Of a stretch of 64,000 nt of DNA, positions 35,544 to 45,750 are shown piece after piece; position 1 is the first letter of the stretch; each line of letters begins with the position of its first letter. The translations under genes were made by a program, and so were the position numbers. The DNA is taken from the NCBI GenBank assembly GCA_964538675.1, contig CAZIGM010000002.1, positions 2,870 to 66,869 on the forward strand. The letters are read 5' to 3'. This DNA comes from an uncultured Bacillaceae bacterium. GTDB lineage: Bacteria > Bacillota > Bacilli > Tepidibacillales > Tepidibacillaceae. The notes below the pieces were generated by a model. The model was not told the DNA's origin and did no database searches. It was given only the letters and a program-made list of their open reading frames with translations.

Positions 35544-36480
35544 TATCCTCTAGTGGTACTGGTATTCCAGAAATAGTTTCATTTATTATATCTGCCCCTG
35601 TTTTTTGCAAAGAAATATCCATTGATAAAACAAGACGATGCTCTAAAACTGGAACAAAAGCTTCTTGTATGTCTTCAGGTATAACAAATGTGCGATTGCG
35701 TAAATATGCCAATGCTTGTACATAACGTACAATTGCTAATGTAGCTCTTGGGCTTGGACCAACTTCTATTTCTGAATGGTTTCTTAAAGAAGTAATTGTT
35801 TTTACTATATATTCAAGCAATTCTTTTTCAAGATGGATTCCTTTAACCTCTTCTTGAATTAAAATTATATCTTCAATATTCATAACTGCTATCAATTCTT
35901 CTAATGGATTATCTTCTTTATATCGATAAATCATATCCAATTCTTCTTCTTCAGTTGGATAACCTAAAGAAATTTTTATTAAAAATCTATCTAATTGAGC
36001 TTCTGGTAAAGGAAATGTTCCCTCTGTTTCGATAGGGTTCTGGGTAGCGATAACAAGAAAAGGAGATGGGAGCTTAATAGTCTCTCGATCAACTGTCACT
36101 TGTTTTTCTGCCATTCCTTCTAACAAAGCTGATTGACTTCTAGGAGTTGTTCGATTCAGTTCATCTGCTAAAACAATATTGGCATGGATTGGTCCAGCTC
36201 TCCAAACAAATTCCTGCTTTTTTTGGTTATAATAATTAATTCCGACAATATCATTTGGTAATAAATCAGGAGTAAATTGTATTCGAGAAAAATCCCCATT
36301 TAATGATTTGGCTAAGCTTTTTGCTAACATTGTTTTTCCTGTTCCAGGTACATCTTCTAATAAAACATGACCTTCCGCAAGGAATGCAGCAATGATTTGT
36401 TCGACCTGTTTTTCTTTACCTATAATGATTTTATTAAGATTGTTTTTTAATTCATTTAATTCTGCTTGTGACTTTTTCAA
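35536..36480 (-). CDS. MoxR-family AAA+ ATPase
   Basis: Walker A EDVPGTGKT, Walker B VLADELNR and a typical MoxR length of 314 aa. Confidence 0.9.
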   Translation of the reverse strand: MKKSQAELNELKNNLNKIIIGKEKQVEQIIAAFLAEGHVLLEDVPGTGKTMLAKSLAKSLNGDFSRIQFTPDLLPNDIVGINYYNQKKQEFVWRAGPIHANIVLADELNRTTPRSQSALLEGMAEKQVTVDRETIKLPSPFLVIATQNPIETEGTFPLPEAQLDRFLIKISLGYPTEEEELDMIYRYKEDNPLEELIAVMNIEDIILIQEEVKGIHLEKELLEYIVKTITSLRNHSEIEVGPSPRATLAIVRYVQALAYLRNRTFVIPEDIQEAFVPVLEHRLVLSMDISLQKTGADIINETISGIPVPLEDIG

Positions 36481-36608
36481 AAAAATTTCCTCCTAAAATT
36501 AGTTTATTACTTACCTTAAACTTCATATATTTCCACTTAAAGACTATTATATAATTTAGGAGCAATAATTGAAATGGAAAAACTTTTAAAGTTTTTGGAT
36601 TATAATCT

Positions 36609-37133
36609 TTAATCCAACAATATTGCCTTTAATCTTGCTATGTCCCTTTCATTCTTAGTTATTTTTTCATATGCTAATTCAATATCTGGTTGTTGTGTGA
36701 CTATCAACTCTAATTGTTTTTGAATATAAACCAATTTTTCAAAGTGTAATTCAATAGTATCTTTAAGCTGAGTTAATATCTTTTCGTTTTGTTCTAATCT
36801 ATCAGCCAAATAATCAAATCTTATATCCACTTGCTCAATTCTCTTTGCAATCTGGTTACATCTTACATTTACTTGGTCAATCTCTTTGTTTATTTGTTCA
36901 AATCTTATATCTGCTTGTTCAATCTCTTTGTTTATTTGTTCAAATCTTACATTTGCTTGGTCAATCTCTTTGTTTATTTGTTCAAATCTTATATCTGCTT
37001 GTTCAATTTTTTTATCAATCTGATTAAATCTTTCATTATATTGCTGCTCAAATATTTTTTCTATTTGGTCAAATTGATTGTTAATTTCATCACGAAAATT
37101 GAATATTATGCTTTTTATCTCATTATTAATCAA
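36609..37133 (-). CDS. coiled-coil repeat protein
   Basis: 174 aa with tandem 14-aa units A[DN][IV]RFEQINKEI[DE]Q. Confidence 0.5.
   Translation of the reverse strand: MINNEIKSIIFNFRDEINNQFDQIEKIFEQQYNERFNQIDKKIEQADIRFEQINKEIDQANVRFEQINKEIEQADIRFEQINKEIDQVNVRCNQIAKRIEQVDIRFDYLADRLEQNEKILTQLKDTIELHFEKLVYIQKQLELIVTQQPDIELAYEKITKNERDIARLKAILLD
36835..37044. repeat. about five tandem 42-bp repeats inside the coiled-coil gene
   Basis: The unit TCAATCTCTTTGTTTATTTGTTCAAATCTTATATCTGCTTGT is repeated near-perfectly at 36877, 36919 and 36961. Diverged copies flank these. Confidence 0.85.
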
Positions 37134-37269
37134 AAAATCACCTCACGAAAATAAATAACTAAGCTTTTATATCATATTTTTATATACATTTTTTTAGAAC
37201 TTTATTATAGAAACATAAAAAAGAGCAAAGAATTTTTGCTCTAAAGTGGTAACCTATTTTCAATTATCT

Positions 37270-37518
37270 TTACTTATCTATAATTTTGTTTAACTGTCTA
37301 ATAACTAAAGAGAAACCTATACCAACAACTGAAGCTAAATAAAGGATTGCAAATATCATGGTTGAGCTGTCTGAATTTGCTCCTAAGAATCCACAAAGAA
37401 TAAAACCAAAAATAAAGATTAATATTCCGTTAATCGCATGAATGATAAAATATTTCAATTGCATTCCCACCTTTTTTAAATATTTTTTCCTTAATTTTTT
37501 TAAAAAATATGTCGTCAA
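37270..37518 (-). CDS. small membrane protein
   Basis: 82 aa with two hydrophobic helices. Confidence 0.4.
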   Translation of the reverse strand: MTTYFLKKLRKKYLKKVGMQLKYFIIHAINGILIFIFGFILCGFLGANSDSSTMIFAILYLASVVGIGFSLVIRQLNKIIDK

Positions 37519-37592
37519 TTCCTTAAGTTAATTGTAACTTGTGATTGACGACATTTATTTTTCATTATTATTCACAATTATTTAAATCTTAA

Positions 37593-38468
37593 TTACTCAC
37601 TAACAATCTGTTCATTACGCTTAAGAAAATCAAAGAAAATGACTGTGTAATATACAACATTTATTGCTAATAATATCATAAAGATAATTTTGTCTAATAG
37701 GATAGATATGTTGCTTTCTCCAAAAGCTGCTCCGAAAATCAATTGGAACAACCATATTACAAGTATATCTACAGCAAAAATTCCAAAATATAAACCTAGC
37801 AAACGAAGACCTTTTTTTCCTTTTACTAACTCCCAACTCTTCCTAATACCCATAATGCCTCTTTCAAATATAATAAAGGCAAAATAAAAGCTCATTCTAG
37901 TCATTAAATATATAATTGTCGGTGTTATAAGTACGGCTAATAATGCGATTGGAATAATTCTCTGACTAAATCCCTCTATCAAAGCTAAACTTAAAGGTAC
38001 AAATGCAAGGAAGAATAGGATAAGAACTACAAAAAAGAAATAGGTAACACCACCACGAAATAAAGCCCAATACCTTAATAAAGCTCCTTTAATTGCTTTG
38101 CCAAAGGATACATTTTTACCTTCCTTAAGGCCACCTACTAATATTATTATTGAAGCAATAGCTAATGGTATAGCAACTAACTCTAATATAATTATACCTA
38201 TTATGAGTAAATTAGCTTCTAAGCTAGTCAAATTGGATAAATTCATACCTACATATTTCATCATAAAAAAACCATCGCTCATGTCTATAGCTCCAAAAGT
38301 AATCCCATAAATTGAAAATTTACCATAAACTTGAGTTATAAATACATAAAAAGGTCCTGTAAAAACAAGTACAAACAAAAAAAGTTTTATAAAGTTATTC
38401 TTAAAGATAGAAAAAGTTAATTTTATTATTTCAACAAAAGTAAGCGGTTTATCTGCCCAAGATACCAT
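37593..38468 (-). CDS. polytopic membrane protein, unknown function
   Basis: 291 aa with about 6 TM segments. Confidence 0.5.
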   Translation of the reverse strand: MVSWADKPLTFVEIIKLTFSIFKNNFIKLFLFVLVFTGPFYVFITQVYGKFSIYGITFGAIDMSDGFFMMKYVGMNLSNLTSLEANLLIIGIIILELVAIPLAIASIIILVGGLKEGKNVSFGKAIKGALLRYWALFRGGVTYFFFVVLILFFLAFVPLSLALIEGFSQRIIPIALLAVLITPTIIYLMTRMSFYFAFIIFERGIMGIRKSWELVKGKKGLRLLGLYFGIFAVDILVIWLFQLIFGAAFGESNISILLDKIIFMILLAINVVYYTVIFFDFLKRNEQIVSE

Positions 38469-38676
38469 TTCTAAAAATCTCCTCTCCTTTCAAATACTAA
38501 TCTTAATTAAATGTTTATGTATCTATTATTAAAAATTATGTTTATTTATATATTATATCAAATTTGTTTAATTACTCATAGTATGATAAATATTTCAAAG
38601 TATAATATTAGAAAGAAGAATAAAATAAATATAAGCATTTGTAAATTTGTGTATCTACAAATGCTTATTATAATTT

Positions 38677-39765
38677 TTATTCTCTAATTGTGTTTTTTAA
38701 TAAAGTATCTATCTCATCATCCGTCATTTGATAGTCAAAAAATAGATTAAAGAATTCTTTTGTTTCTTCTTTTATGTCAATTTGATATACATCTGGATAT
38801 AATAAATCCCCTAACCACTGTAATCCCATTATCCTTAACAATGTAGGTGGTTGACTAAACCAGTCATATGGACCATAAGGAATATCGTATACCTCTTTAT
38901 TCTTTACTGCAGCAATATTTTGCCAAGATACATCATTTAATATATCATCATATAATTCTTCATTATGACTCGAATTTGAACTAAGAATAATTAGTTCAGG
39001 ATCCCAATCTAATAATTGCTCCAATGAAACCTCTAATCTTCTTAAATTCTTATCAACGCCTGGATCGGCAATATTTAAACCGCCAACTAAATCTAGAACT
39101 TCAGTATTTATTGAGCCTTTTGGAATTGTTTCTAATCCATTAAGTCCTGCACCATAGTAAACTTCTTTTCTCTCATCTTCTTGAATTAATGCTGCTTTTT
39201 GGTTAATTTCATTAAATACTTCTCTACTATAGTCTGCTAATTCTTTAGCTCTATCTTCTACACCTAAAATATTTCCTAGGAATTCATATGAGTCCGCTTG
39301 ATTTGTAATACTTCCATCAACCATAATAACAGGAATATTTAACATCTCTTCAATCTCATTCGATTCAGCAATATACCCTTCATTTACGTCTCCCATATTA
39401 ATGATAATATCTGGTTCTACCGTTAATATTTCTTCTAAATTAGTAGAATTTGTACCTTTCCATCTTCCTAACACGGGTAAATCATAATATTCCGGTTTAA
39501 TAAATTGCTTTTCTGATTCAAGCTCAAAGTTCCAACCAGTCACCTTGTCTGGTGCCAATGTATACACAAATAAAGTACCAATAGAATGAGTTGCGTAAAC
39601 TTTATTAATCTCCGCTGGTATTGTTACCGTCCTTCCTGCCATATCAGTAATCGTTCTTGATGTCGGTTGATCTGCATTTTCCTGTTCTTGTTCTGAATTA
39701 CAGCCAATTAAACTTATTACTATAATTAAAGCTATTAATACAATAAATGTTTTTTTAATATACAT
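38677..39765 (-). CDS. ABC importer substrate-binding lipoprotein (siderophore/corrinoid/heme type)
   Basis: Signal peptide with LIGC lipobox and a periplasmic-binding-protein type 8 pattern. Confidence 0.75.
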   Translation of the reverse strand: MYIKKTFIVLIALIIVISLIGCNSEQEQENADQPTSRTITDMAGRTVTIPAEINKVYATHSIGTLFVYTLAPDKVTGWNFELESEKQFIKPEYYDLPVLGRWKGTNSTNLEEILTVEPDIIINMGDVNEGYIAESNEIEEMLNIPVIMVDGSITNQADSYEFLGNILGVEDRAKELADYSREVFNEINQKAALIQEDERKEVYYGAGLNGLETIPKGSINTEVLDLVGGLNIADPGVDKNLRRLEVSLEQLLDWDPELIILSSNSSHNEELYDDILNDVSWQNIAAVKNKEVYDIPYGPYDWFSQPPTLLRIMGLQWLGDLLYPDVYQIDIKEETKEFFNLFFDYQMTDDEIDTLLKNTIRE

Positions 39766-39806
39766 TGATACCCCTCCAACTTGCTTTCTGATTTATATTT
39801 TATTTA

Positions 39807-40586
39807 CTAAGATGCTGATACGCATACATTAATACTTTTATCATTAGATACTGAAGCATTAATTATTCTTACCCCTATACCATAAATATCTTCCATATTT
39901 TCTTCTGTTATTATCAAATTAGGTTCGCCAATTCTATTTATATTATTATCTTTCATTAAAGCTACTTTAGATGAATATTGCAAAGCATGATCGGGATAAT
40001 GTGTTGACATAATAATTGCTAATCCGCTTTTTGCTAGCTGCTTAATGTGCTGTAATACTTTTATTTGATTACCAAAATCCAAATTTGATGTTGGTTCATC
40101 CATTATTAATATCTGAGGCTTTTGGGCTAATGCTCTTGCTATTAAAACAAGTTGCCTTTCTCCACCGCTTATTTCTGTATAAATTTTATCTTTAAGATAT
40201 GAGATATTTAGAATATCCATAGATTCCATAGCTACCTCAAAATCATCCTTCGATGGTGAAGCATAAGATTTGAGGTGAGCAGTTCTTCCCATCAAAACAA
40301 CATCAATTACCTTAAAAGGAAAGGGAGGAGTATGGTGTTGTGGAACATAGCCGATATAATGTGCTATTTTGCTACGTGACCAATTCCTAATACTACTACC
40401 ATCTAGTAAAATATCCCCTTTTTCCGCATTATACAAACCTAATACAGCTTTAAATAATGTTGTTTTTCCTGTACCATTTGGACCAAGCAAGCTTAGTACT
40501 TCTCCTGAATCTATAGAGAAAGATACATCAGAAAACACTTTCTTTTTCTCATAGCTAAAGCTTAAATTTTTTACTTCTAATCTCAT
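39807..40586 (-). CDS. ABC importer ATP-binding protein
   Basis: Walker A GPNGTGKTT, signature ISGGERQ, Walker B LIMDEPT. ATG 40586 overlaps the permease stop (ATGA) and follows GGAGGGG. Confidence 0.85.
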   Translation of the reverse strand: MRLEVKNLSFSYEKKKVFSDVSFSIDSGEVLSLLGPNGTGKTTLFKAVLGLYNAEKGDILLDGSSIRNWSRSKIAHYIGYVPQHHTPPFPFKVIDVVLMGRTAHLKSYASPSKDDFEVAMESMDILNISYLKDKIYTEISGGERQLVLIARALAQKPQILIMDEPTSNLDFGNQIKVLQHIKQLAKSGLAIIMSTHYPDHALQYSSKVALMKDNNINRIGEPNLIITEENMEDIYGIGVRIINASVSNDKSINVCVSAS

Positions 40587-41611
40587 ACCCAACCCCTCCT
40601 AGAATATGCTAATAAATAGATAAAGACTGGTGCGCCTATTATTGAAGTAAGAATACCAAGTGGTATTTCCATTGGTAGAATAAGTCTAGCCAACGAATCA
40701 ACTAGCAACAGATAGATACTTCCTATTAATATTGAAGCAGGTAACAAAATCTTATAATTCGGACCTACAAGTAATCTAGCCAAATGAGGTACTAATAGCC
40801 CCACCCATCCAATAATACCGCTTATTGATACAACTGATGCAGTTAGTAAAGTTGAAGTTAATATAACAATAAATCGTATTTTCTTAGTATCAATACCTAA
40901 TGCTTGTGCTTCTTCATCGCCAAAAGCCATAATGTTTAAACGCCATTTAACTAAAAATAAAGGTATCATTCCAATCATCACTGGTATCATAATAAAGTAA
41001 ATATCCTCCATTGTTACCCTTGATAAACTACCCATCAGCCAAAATGTTATAGCGGGAAGTTTTTCATATGGATCGGCCACATATTTTAATAAAGATATAA
41101 AAGATGAAAATAATGTACCTATCAAAATTCCAGTTAAGATTAGTATTAAAGTAATATCCGATTTTTTAAATCTAGCACTAATTAAATAAGTAACAAAAAC
41201 AGCTACTAGTCCAAAAACAAAAGCCATAATTTGAATACCTAGATTATTTAATGACAATATAATTGCCAAAGCAGCACCAAAGCCTGCACCAGCCGAAGCT
41301 CCCAAAATATCTGGAGAAACTAATGGGTTTTTAAATATTCCTTGGTAAGCAGTACCAGATACTGATAACGCTGCTCCAACAATAATTGCTCCCAAAATTC
41401 TAGGTAATCGAATATTAAATATTACTGTGTCTAAGGTGGATGGTAAGGTATGCTCTAATGAAAATATTTTTGAATATAGAATAATACCAAGCTCATTTAA
41501 TGAAATAGGATATCTACCGATTGAAATAGACAATAATGATAGGAGTACTAATAACATTGTCAAAGAAATAAATATTGTTTTATTTGACTTAAAAATTTTT
41601 TGCTCTGTCAT
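40583..41611 (-). CDS. FecCD-family ABC importer permease
   Basis: Polytopic FecCD pattern. Start is uncertain: ATG 41611 lies about 14 nt after GAGAGGGG, and the ORF-track TTG 41635 is the alternative. Confidence 0.8.
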   Translation of the reverse strand: MTEQKIFKSNKTIFISLTMLLVLLSLLSISIGRYPISLNELGIILYSKIFSLEHTLPSTLDTVIFNIRLPRILGAIIVGAALSVSGTAYQGIFKNPLVSPDILGASAGAGFGAALAIILSLNNLGIQIMAFVFGLVAVFVTYLISARFKKSDITLILILTGILIGTLFSSFISLLKYVADPYEKLPAITFWLMGSLSRVTMEDIYFIMIPVMIGMIPLFLVKWRLNIMAFGDEEAQALGIDTKKIRFIVILTSTLLTASVVSISGIIGWVGLLVPHLARLLVGPNYKILLPASILIGSIYLLLVDSLARLILPMEIPLGILTSIIGAPVFIYLLAYSRRGWV

Positions 41612-41640
41612 AGTAGTTATTATTACCCCTCTCAATATAA

Positions 41641-41675
41641 AAAGTCCTAATATGTAAAAAACATACTAGGACTTT
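41641..41675 (-). terminator. intrinsic terminator within the leader of the second importer operon
   Basis: Minus strand reads AAAGTCCTAGTATGT-loop-ACATATTAGGACTTT followed by TTATATT. It lies just upstream of the RBS. Confidence 0.6.
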
Positions 41676-41830
41676 AAATTAAATTCAAAGCACTCAAGTA
41701 TCTCCTTTACAAAACAGGAAGGCATACACGTTTCCATGAATACCCCGCGGGATATAAATATCCCAGGTCAATTAACCGTAAACTTTATTGTCCTTAGGTA
41801 ATAATTGACTCGGAGATGATTATTTAATTA
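41676..41830 (-). promoter_or_regulatory. unclassified multi-hairpin leader RNA
   Basis: The closing helix ATCTCC/GGAGAT encloses hairpins GTCAATTA/TTAATTGAC, GGGATA/TATCCC and GGAA/TTCC. No known riboswitch core was recognised. Confidence 0.35.
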
Positions 41831-41882
41831 TTAATATAGATAAGCATATCAAAGATTTACAAAAAATCAATACTATTTTTAT

Positions 41883-41992
41883 AAAGCCGAACTTTATTCA
41901 GATGGAGTTTTAACTCCACCTGAATTTATGTGAGACTTATCCTAAATTCATTCTCCCCCACTTATGAAGTGGGGGTCTTATTATATCTGGAT
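41883..41992 (+). repeat. dispersed modular intergenic repeat, copy 3 (shortest complete form)
   Basis: Left end, hairpin CTCCACCTGAA, CCCCCACTT/AAGTGGGGG hairpin and right end TCTTATTATATCTGGAT. Confidence 0.85.
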
Positions 41993-42020
41993 AAAGCCGA
42001 ACTTTATTCAGATGGAGTTT
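41993..42020 (+). repeat. solo left end of the dispersed repeat
   Basis: AAAGCCGAACTTTATTCAGATGGAGTTT immediately follows copy 3 and abuts the stop codon at 42023. Confidence 0.8.
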
Positions 42021-42022
42021 TT

Positions 42023-42355
42023 CTAAAAAGTAACTATTTTGTCAGACCATTCGACCATTTCAATACAATCTATCATAGTTGATATTGGACAGACTTCGTT
42101 TCCATCCATGCTTCGAGATTTAAGACAGTTTCCACAAGCAAGAATATGACCACCTATATCGATAAAAGTATTCAGCTGGGTTGCAACATCAAATTTTTCA
42201 TGTTCTAAATTTTGACATTCGACTGCCTCTCCCATCAAAAAAACCTTAACATCATGACCACGTTTTCTAGCAGTTACTGCAAAACGAAACGCATTCCATG
42301 CCTTCTCATATTCCTTAGTCTCAATTATTATTCCAAGTTTCATTCCCAATTTCAA
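42023..42355 (-). CDS. DsrE/DsrF-like family protein
   Basis: About 106-110 aa with the pattern KLGIIIE...VKVFLMGEAV...ACGNCL. Confidence 0.55.
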   Translation of the reverse strand: MKLGMKLGIIIETKEYEKAWNAFRFAVTARKRGHDVKVFLMGEAVECQNLEHEKFDVATQLNTFIDIGGHILACGNCLKSRSMDGNEVCPISTMIDCIEMVEWSDKIVTF

Positions 42356-42493
42356 CTCCGTTAATATAATTCTTTACACTAAAAAATATTATTTTAGGTA
42401 TATTATCATATTTATTGGCATATGCCAAATATTTCGCAAAAAAATAATCCCTAAATAAATTTTTTGTTTTAATTTAGGGGGAATCATTGATTA

Positions 42494-43609
42494 CTATTTC
42501 AAATTTTCTGGATTAAGCGACTCCAATTCTGGAATAACGAATAATCCATCCTTACGAATTAATTCATCATCAAAGTATATCTCTCCACCACCATACTCAG
42601 GGCGTTGAATAAATACTAAATCCCAATGTATATTTGACTTGTTTCCATTATCTGCTTCGTCATATGCTCTTCCTGGGGTAAAATGAATAGAGCCTGAGAT
42701 TTTTTCATCAAATAATGTATCTTTCATTGGGCTTAGAATATAAGGGTTGACTCCTATTGCGAATTCTCCAACGTATCTAGCTCCTTCATCAGTATCAAAT
42801 ATTTTATTGATTCTTTCAGTATTATTAGCAGTTGCATTTATTATTTTTCCATCCTTAAACTCTAACCTAATATTTTCAAATGTAACACCCTCGTAAAGCG
42901 TTGGTGCATTATAGCTAATAACACCATTAACCGAATTTTTAACTGGTGCCGTAAATACTTCTCCATCAGGTATATTCATCTCACCAGCACATTTTATTGC
43001 AGGAATATTTTTTATGGAAAATTGAAGATCAGTTCCAGTACCTTTAATATGTACTCTGTCCGTCTTTTCCATTAATTCAACTAATGCATCCATTGCTTTG
43101 GACATCTTACTATAATCTAAATTACATACATTAAAATAAAAATCTTCAAAGGCTTCTGTACTCATACTTGCTAATTGAGCCATAGAAGATGTTGGATAAC
43201 GCAGAATCACCCATTTAGTGCGATTAACACGCTCTTCAAAGTGTACTGGTTTTACGAAAAGATCACTATACAATTTCATCTTCTCTTCTGGTACATCAGA
43301 TAATTCATTAACATTATTTCCTGCTCTAATACCTATGTAAGCATCTACTTCTTTCATTCTTGCTAATTCCCACTCTGCCATATCTTTTAACTGTTCTTCA
43401 CTTGCCTCTGTTAACAAAACCCGTGTTACTTCACTTCTCTTTAAAGTTATATACGGTATTCCGCCAACTACATTTACTTGCTTAACTAGTGCGTTAGCTA
43501 ATTCTGTTTCCTCTCCAATCATTTCGATTAGTATTTTTTCTCCTTTTTGTAGATTAACAGAATATTGCACTAATTGTTTTGCTAATTGGTCAATGCGAAT
43601 GTCTTTCAT
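42494..43609 (-). CDS. M29-family aminopeptidase (AmpS/PepS type)
   Basis: Blocks NIPDGEVFTAP, GEFAIGVN, SIHFTPG and HWDLV. ATG 43609 follows GGAG. Confidence 0.85.
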   Translation of the reverse strand: MKDIRIDQLAKQLVQYSVNLQKGEKILIEMIGEETELANALVKQVNVVGGIPYITLKRSEVTRVLLTEASEEQLKDMAEWELARMKEVDAYIGIRAGNNVNELSDVPEEKMKLYSDLFVKPVHFEERVNRTKWVILRYPTSSMAQLASMSTEAFEDFYFNVCNLDYSKMSKAMDALVELMEKTDRVHIKGTGTDLQFSIKNIPAIKCAGEMNIPDGEVFTAPVKNSVNGVISYNAPTLYEGVTFENIRLEFKDGKIINATANNTERINKIFDTDEGARYVGEFAIGVNPYILSPMKDTLFDEKISGSIHFTPGRAYDEADNGNKSNIHWDLVFIQRPEYGGGEIYFDDELIRKDGLFVIPELESLNPENLK

Positions 43610-43639
43610 AGTTAGTCTCCTTTTTATCAATATTTTATT

Positions 43640-45121
43640 TTATCTAGAATATATTATTAGTTGATCTTTTCCTTTATTCTTAGCTTCGTATAAGGCTTGA
43701 TCAGCTTTATGAACTAGTTTTAGGTAATCTATTTCTTTATCCTCTGCTTTCCAACTAGCTACACCACAAGAGATTGTTACTTTAGGATCCGTTTCTTCCC
43801 TTACCCGTTTTACAATTCTCTCACCTATTTTTACAGCTGCATTTTCGTCAGCTTTTGGTAAATATATAGCTAATTCTTCTCCACCCCATCTTGCAGCTAC
43901 ATCTTCTTCTCTAATATTACTCTTAAATATTTTGGCCACTAAAATAAGTATTTTGTCTCCTATATGATGCCCATAATTATCATTAACCCTCTTAAAATTA
44001 TCTAAATCAAAAAGAAGTAAGGTTCCACCCTTGTCTTCAAGCTGAGACTCTTTTATTTTTTCATCAAGATAAGAGCGATTAAAAAGATTAGTTAAATAAT
44101 CAGTTATAGCTAACTGCTGAATTTGATTCAACATAAATGAATTGGTTAAGGCTAAACTAAACTGTTGGGAAAGTAATTCTAAGAATTTAAGGTCATCATA
44201 AGAAAATTGATTATCTTCCTTAGAAGTTACAGCTAAAGCACCTGTTATTTCATTTCTTATAAATATAGGGGTAGCAATAATAGAATTACAACAGCTATTC
44301 CGATTGCAATAATTACCACCTAGCCCATAATCCTTCGTTCTATCACCAATAATTATTGCTTCTTTTCTCTTGTAAACTAGACCAATATATGTATCATCTA
44401 CTGGTATAAAATCAATCTCTTTTTCTGTATTATTCTTCACATTAATATATTTATTTTTCTCTTCATTTATTTCAGCATAAACAATAAATTGTGACTTATA
44501 TATATTAGTCAATTCAGAAATCACTACATTAACTACATCATCTTTATTTAAATTATTATTTATTTCTTTAGTTAATGAATTAATTGTCTCCAATCTTCTT
44601 ACCCAGCTATTCAATCGTTGATATAATTGAGAATTTTCGAATGCACTTCCAATGATTTCAACTATTTCATTAAGAAAATTAATTCTATTAAGACTGTTTT
44701 TAAAATTACTGCTTTTTAAATACACTACCCCATATATCGCTTGTTTTCCTTTGATTGGAATAGCAATTTCCTTAATATCTTGATCTATTATGTACTTACC
44801 TTCAATAAAAGCTTTATTTTTTATATCATTAATATTTTGTATCATATTCATAAGTTTAATAGGTACACTTGAAATCTTATAATCTTGAGATAACCAAAAT
44901 TCAAAACTATCTTCTGGAAATAATAGATTAATATAATTAATACCTTCTAATAGAATTTCATTTGTATCATAGTTAGAATAAAGATTTTTTTGTAAAAAAT
45001 ATAATAATTCCTCATCTTTTTTTTCTCTAAATTGTATCTCTTTATCCTCTTTAGTTTCTTCTCCTGATAATACTAGAGAATTTGCTACTTCTAAGTTAAT
45101 ATCTTTATTACTAGCAACCAT
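43640..45121 (-). CDS. GAF-domain diguanylate cyclase (GGDEF)
   Basis: C-terminal LLLFDLDNFKRVNDNYGH and RWGGEELAIY (GGEEL active-site variant). The N-terminal regions are GAF-like. ATG 45121 follows GAAGGAAGGGG. Confidence 0.85.
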   Translation of the reverse strand: MVASNKDINLEVANSLVLSGEETKEDKEIQFREKKDEELLYFLQKNLYSNYDTNEILLEGINYINLLFPEDSFEFWLSQDYKISSVPIKLMNMIQNINDIKNKAFIEGKYIIDQDIKEIAIPIKGKQAIYGVVYLKSSNFKNSLNRINFLNEIVEIIGSAFENSQLYQRLNSWVRRLETINSLTKEINNNLNKDDVVNVVISELTNIYKSQFIVYAEINEEKNKYINVKNNTEKEIDFIPVDDTYIGLVYKRKEAIIIGDRTKDYGLGGNYCNRNSCCNSIIATPIFIRNEITGALAVTSKEDNQFSYDDLKFLELLSQQFSLALTNSFMLNQIQQLAITDYLTNLFNRSYLDEKIKESQLEDKGGTLLLFDLDNFKRVNDNYGHHIGDKILILVAKIFKSNIREEDVAARWGGEELAIYLPKADENAAVKIGERIVKRVREETDPKVTISCGVASWKAEDKEIDYLKLVHKADQALYEAKNKGKDQLIIYSR

Positions 45122-45740
45122 TCTTACCCCTTCCTTCAATATGAGCTGCATCATTTATTTTAATAATTTTCCATTCAGATTTTTTATGATTATAAATAAT
45201 AGTAGATATACTCGTATTAAGCAATTTAAGATATCTTTTCGTTAGTTTATCCTGACTTATTTCTTGTAAAAGAGAATTGATAGCAGCACCATGACTCACA
45301 ATCAAAATACTATCATCTAAATGATTTTTGCTCAATTTTAATATTGAATTAAGTACTCTCGTTTTTAGAGAATCTAGCGTCTCAATTCCATAAGAATTCA
45401 ATTCTTTGCACATCAAAATATCAAAATCAGAGTACAATGATTTTACCTCATTAACCTCTAAACCTTCTAATTTACCAAATGACCTTTCTCTTAGATTATT
45501 ATCTATATTCACTTTTAAATTATATATATCAGCTATGGTTTCAGCAGTTGCTTTGGCACGTATTAAATCACTAGAATATATAGCATCTATTTTAGTTTTC
45601 TCATCATATAAGCGTTTTGCTAAATTTGTAGCTTGAAACTCACCATATCTATTTAGGGGTATATCAATTTGCCCTTGGAATCTTCTTTCTCTATTAGAAT
45701 CTGTCTCTCCATGTCTTACTAAGTATATTATAGTCTCCAT
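45111..45740 (-). CDS. histidine phosphatase (phosphoglycerate mutase-like) family protein
   Basis: LVRHGETDSN catalytic motif and SHGAAI; 209 aa. Confidence 0.8.
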   Translation of the reverse strand: METIIYLVRHGETDSNRERRFQGQIDIPLNRYGEFQATNLAKRLYDEKTKIDAIYSSDLIRAKATAETIADIYNLKVNIDNNLRERSFGKLEGLEVNEVKSLYSDFDILMCKELNSYGIETLDSLKTRVLNSILKLSKNHLDDSILIVSHGAAINSLLQEISQDKLTKRYLKLLNTSISTIIYNHKKSEWKIIKINDAAHIEGRGKNGC

Positions 45741-45750
45741 TATTATCCTC

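Noticed and set aside
36831-37154. Plus-strand ORFs 36831-37154 and 36845-37027 with repetitive Leu/Phe-rich translations
   Set aside because: They are antisense read-through of the 42-bp tandem repeat. Their periodicity is inherited from the coiled-coil gene on the minus strand.
41676-41830. Assignment of this leader to the cobalamin or TPP riboswitch class
   Set aside because: It lacks GCCACTG and the B12 box, and it lacks the CUGAGA core. A partial resemblance of ACCTGGGATA...CCCGCG to the TPP 3' half is too weak, so it was left unclassified.
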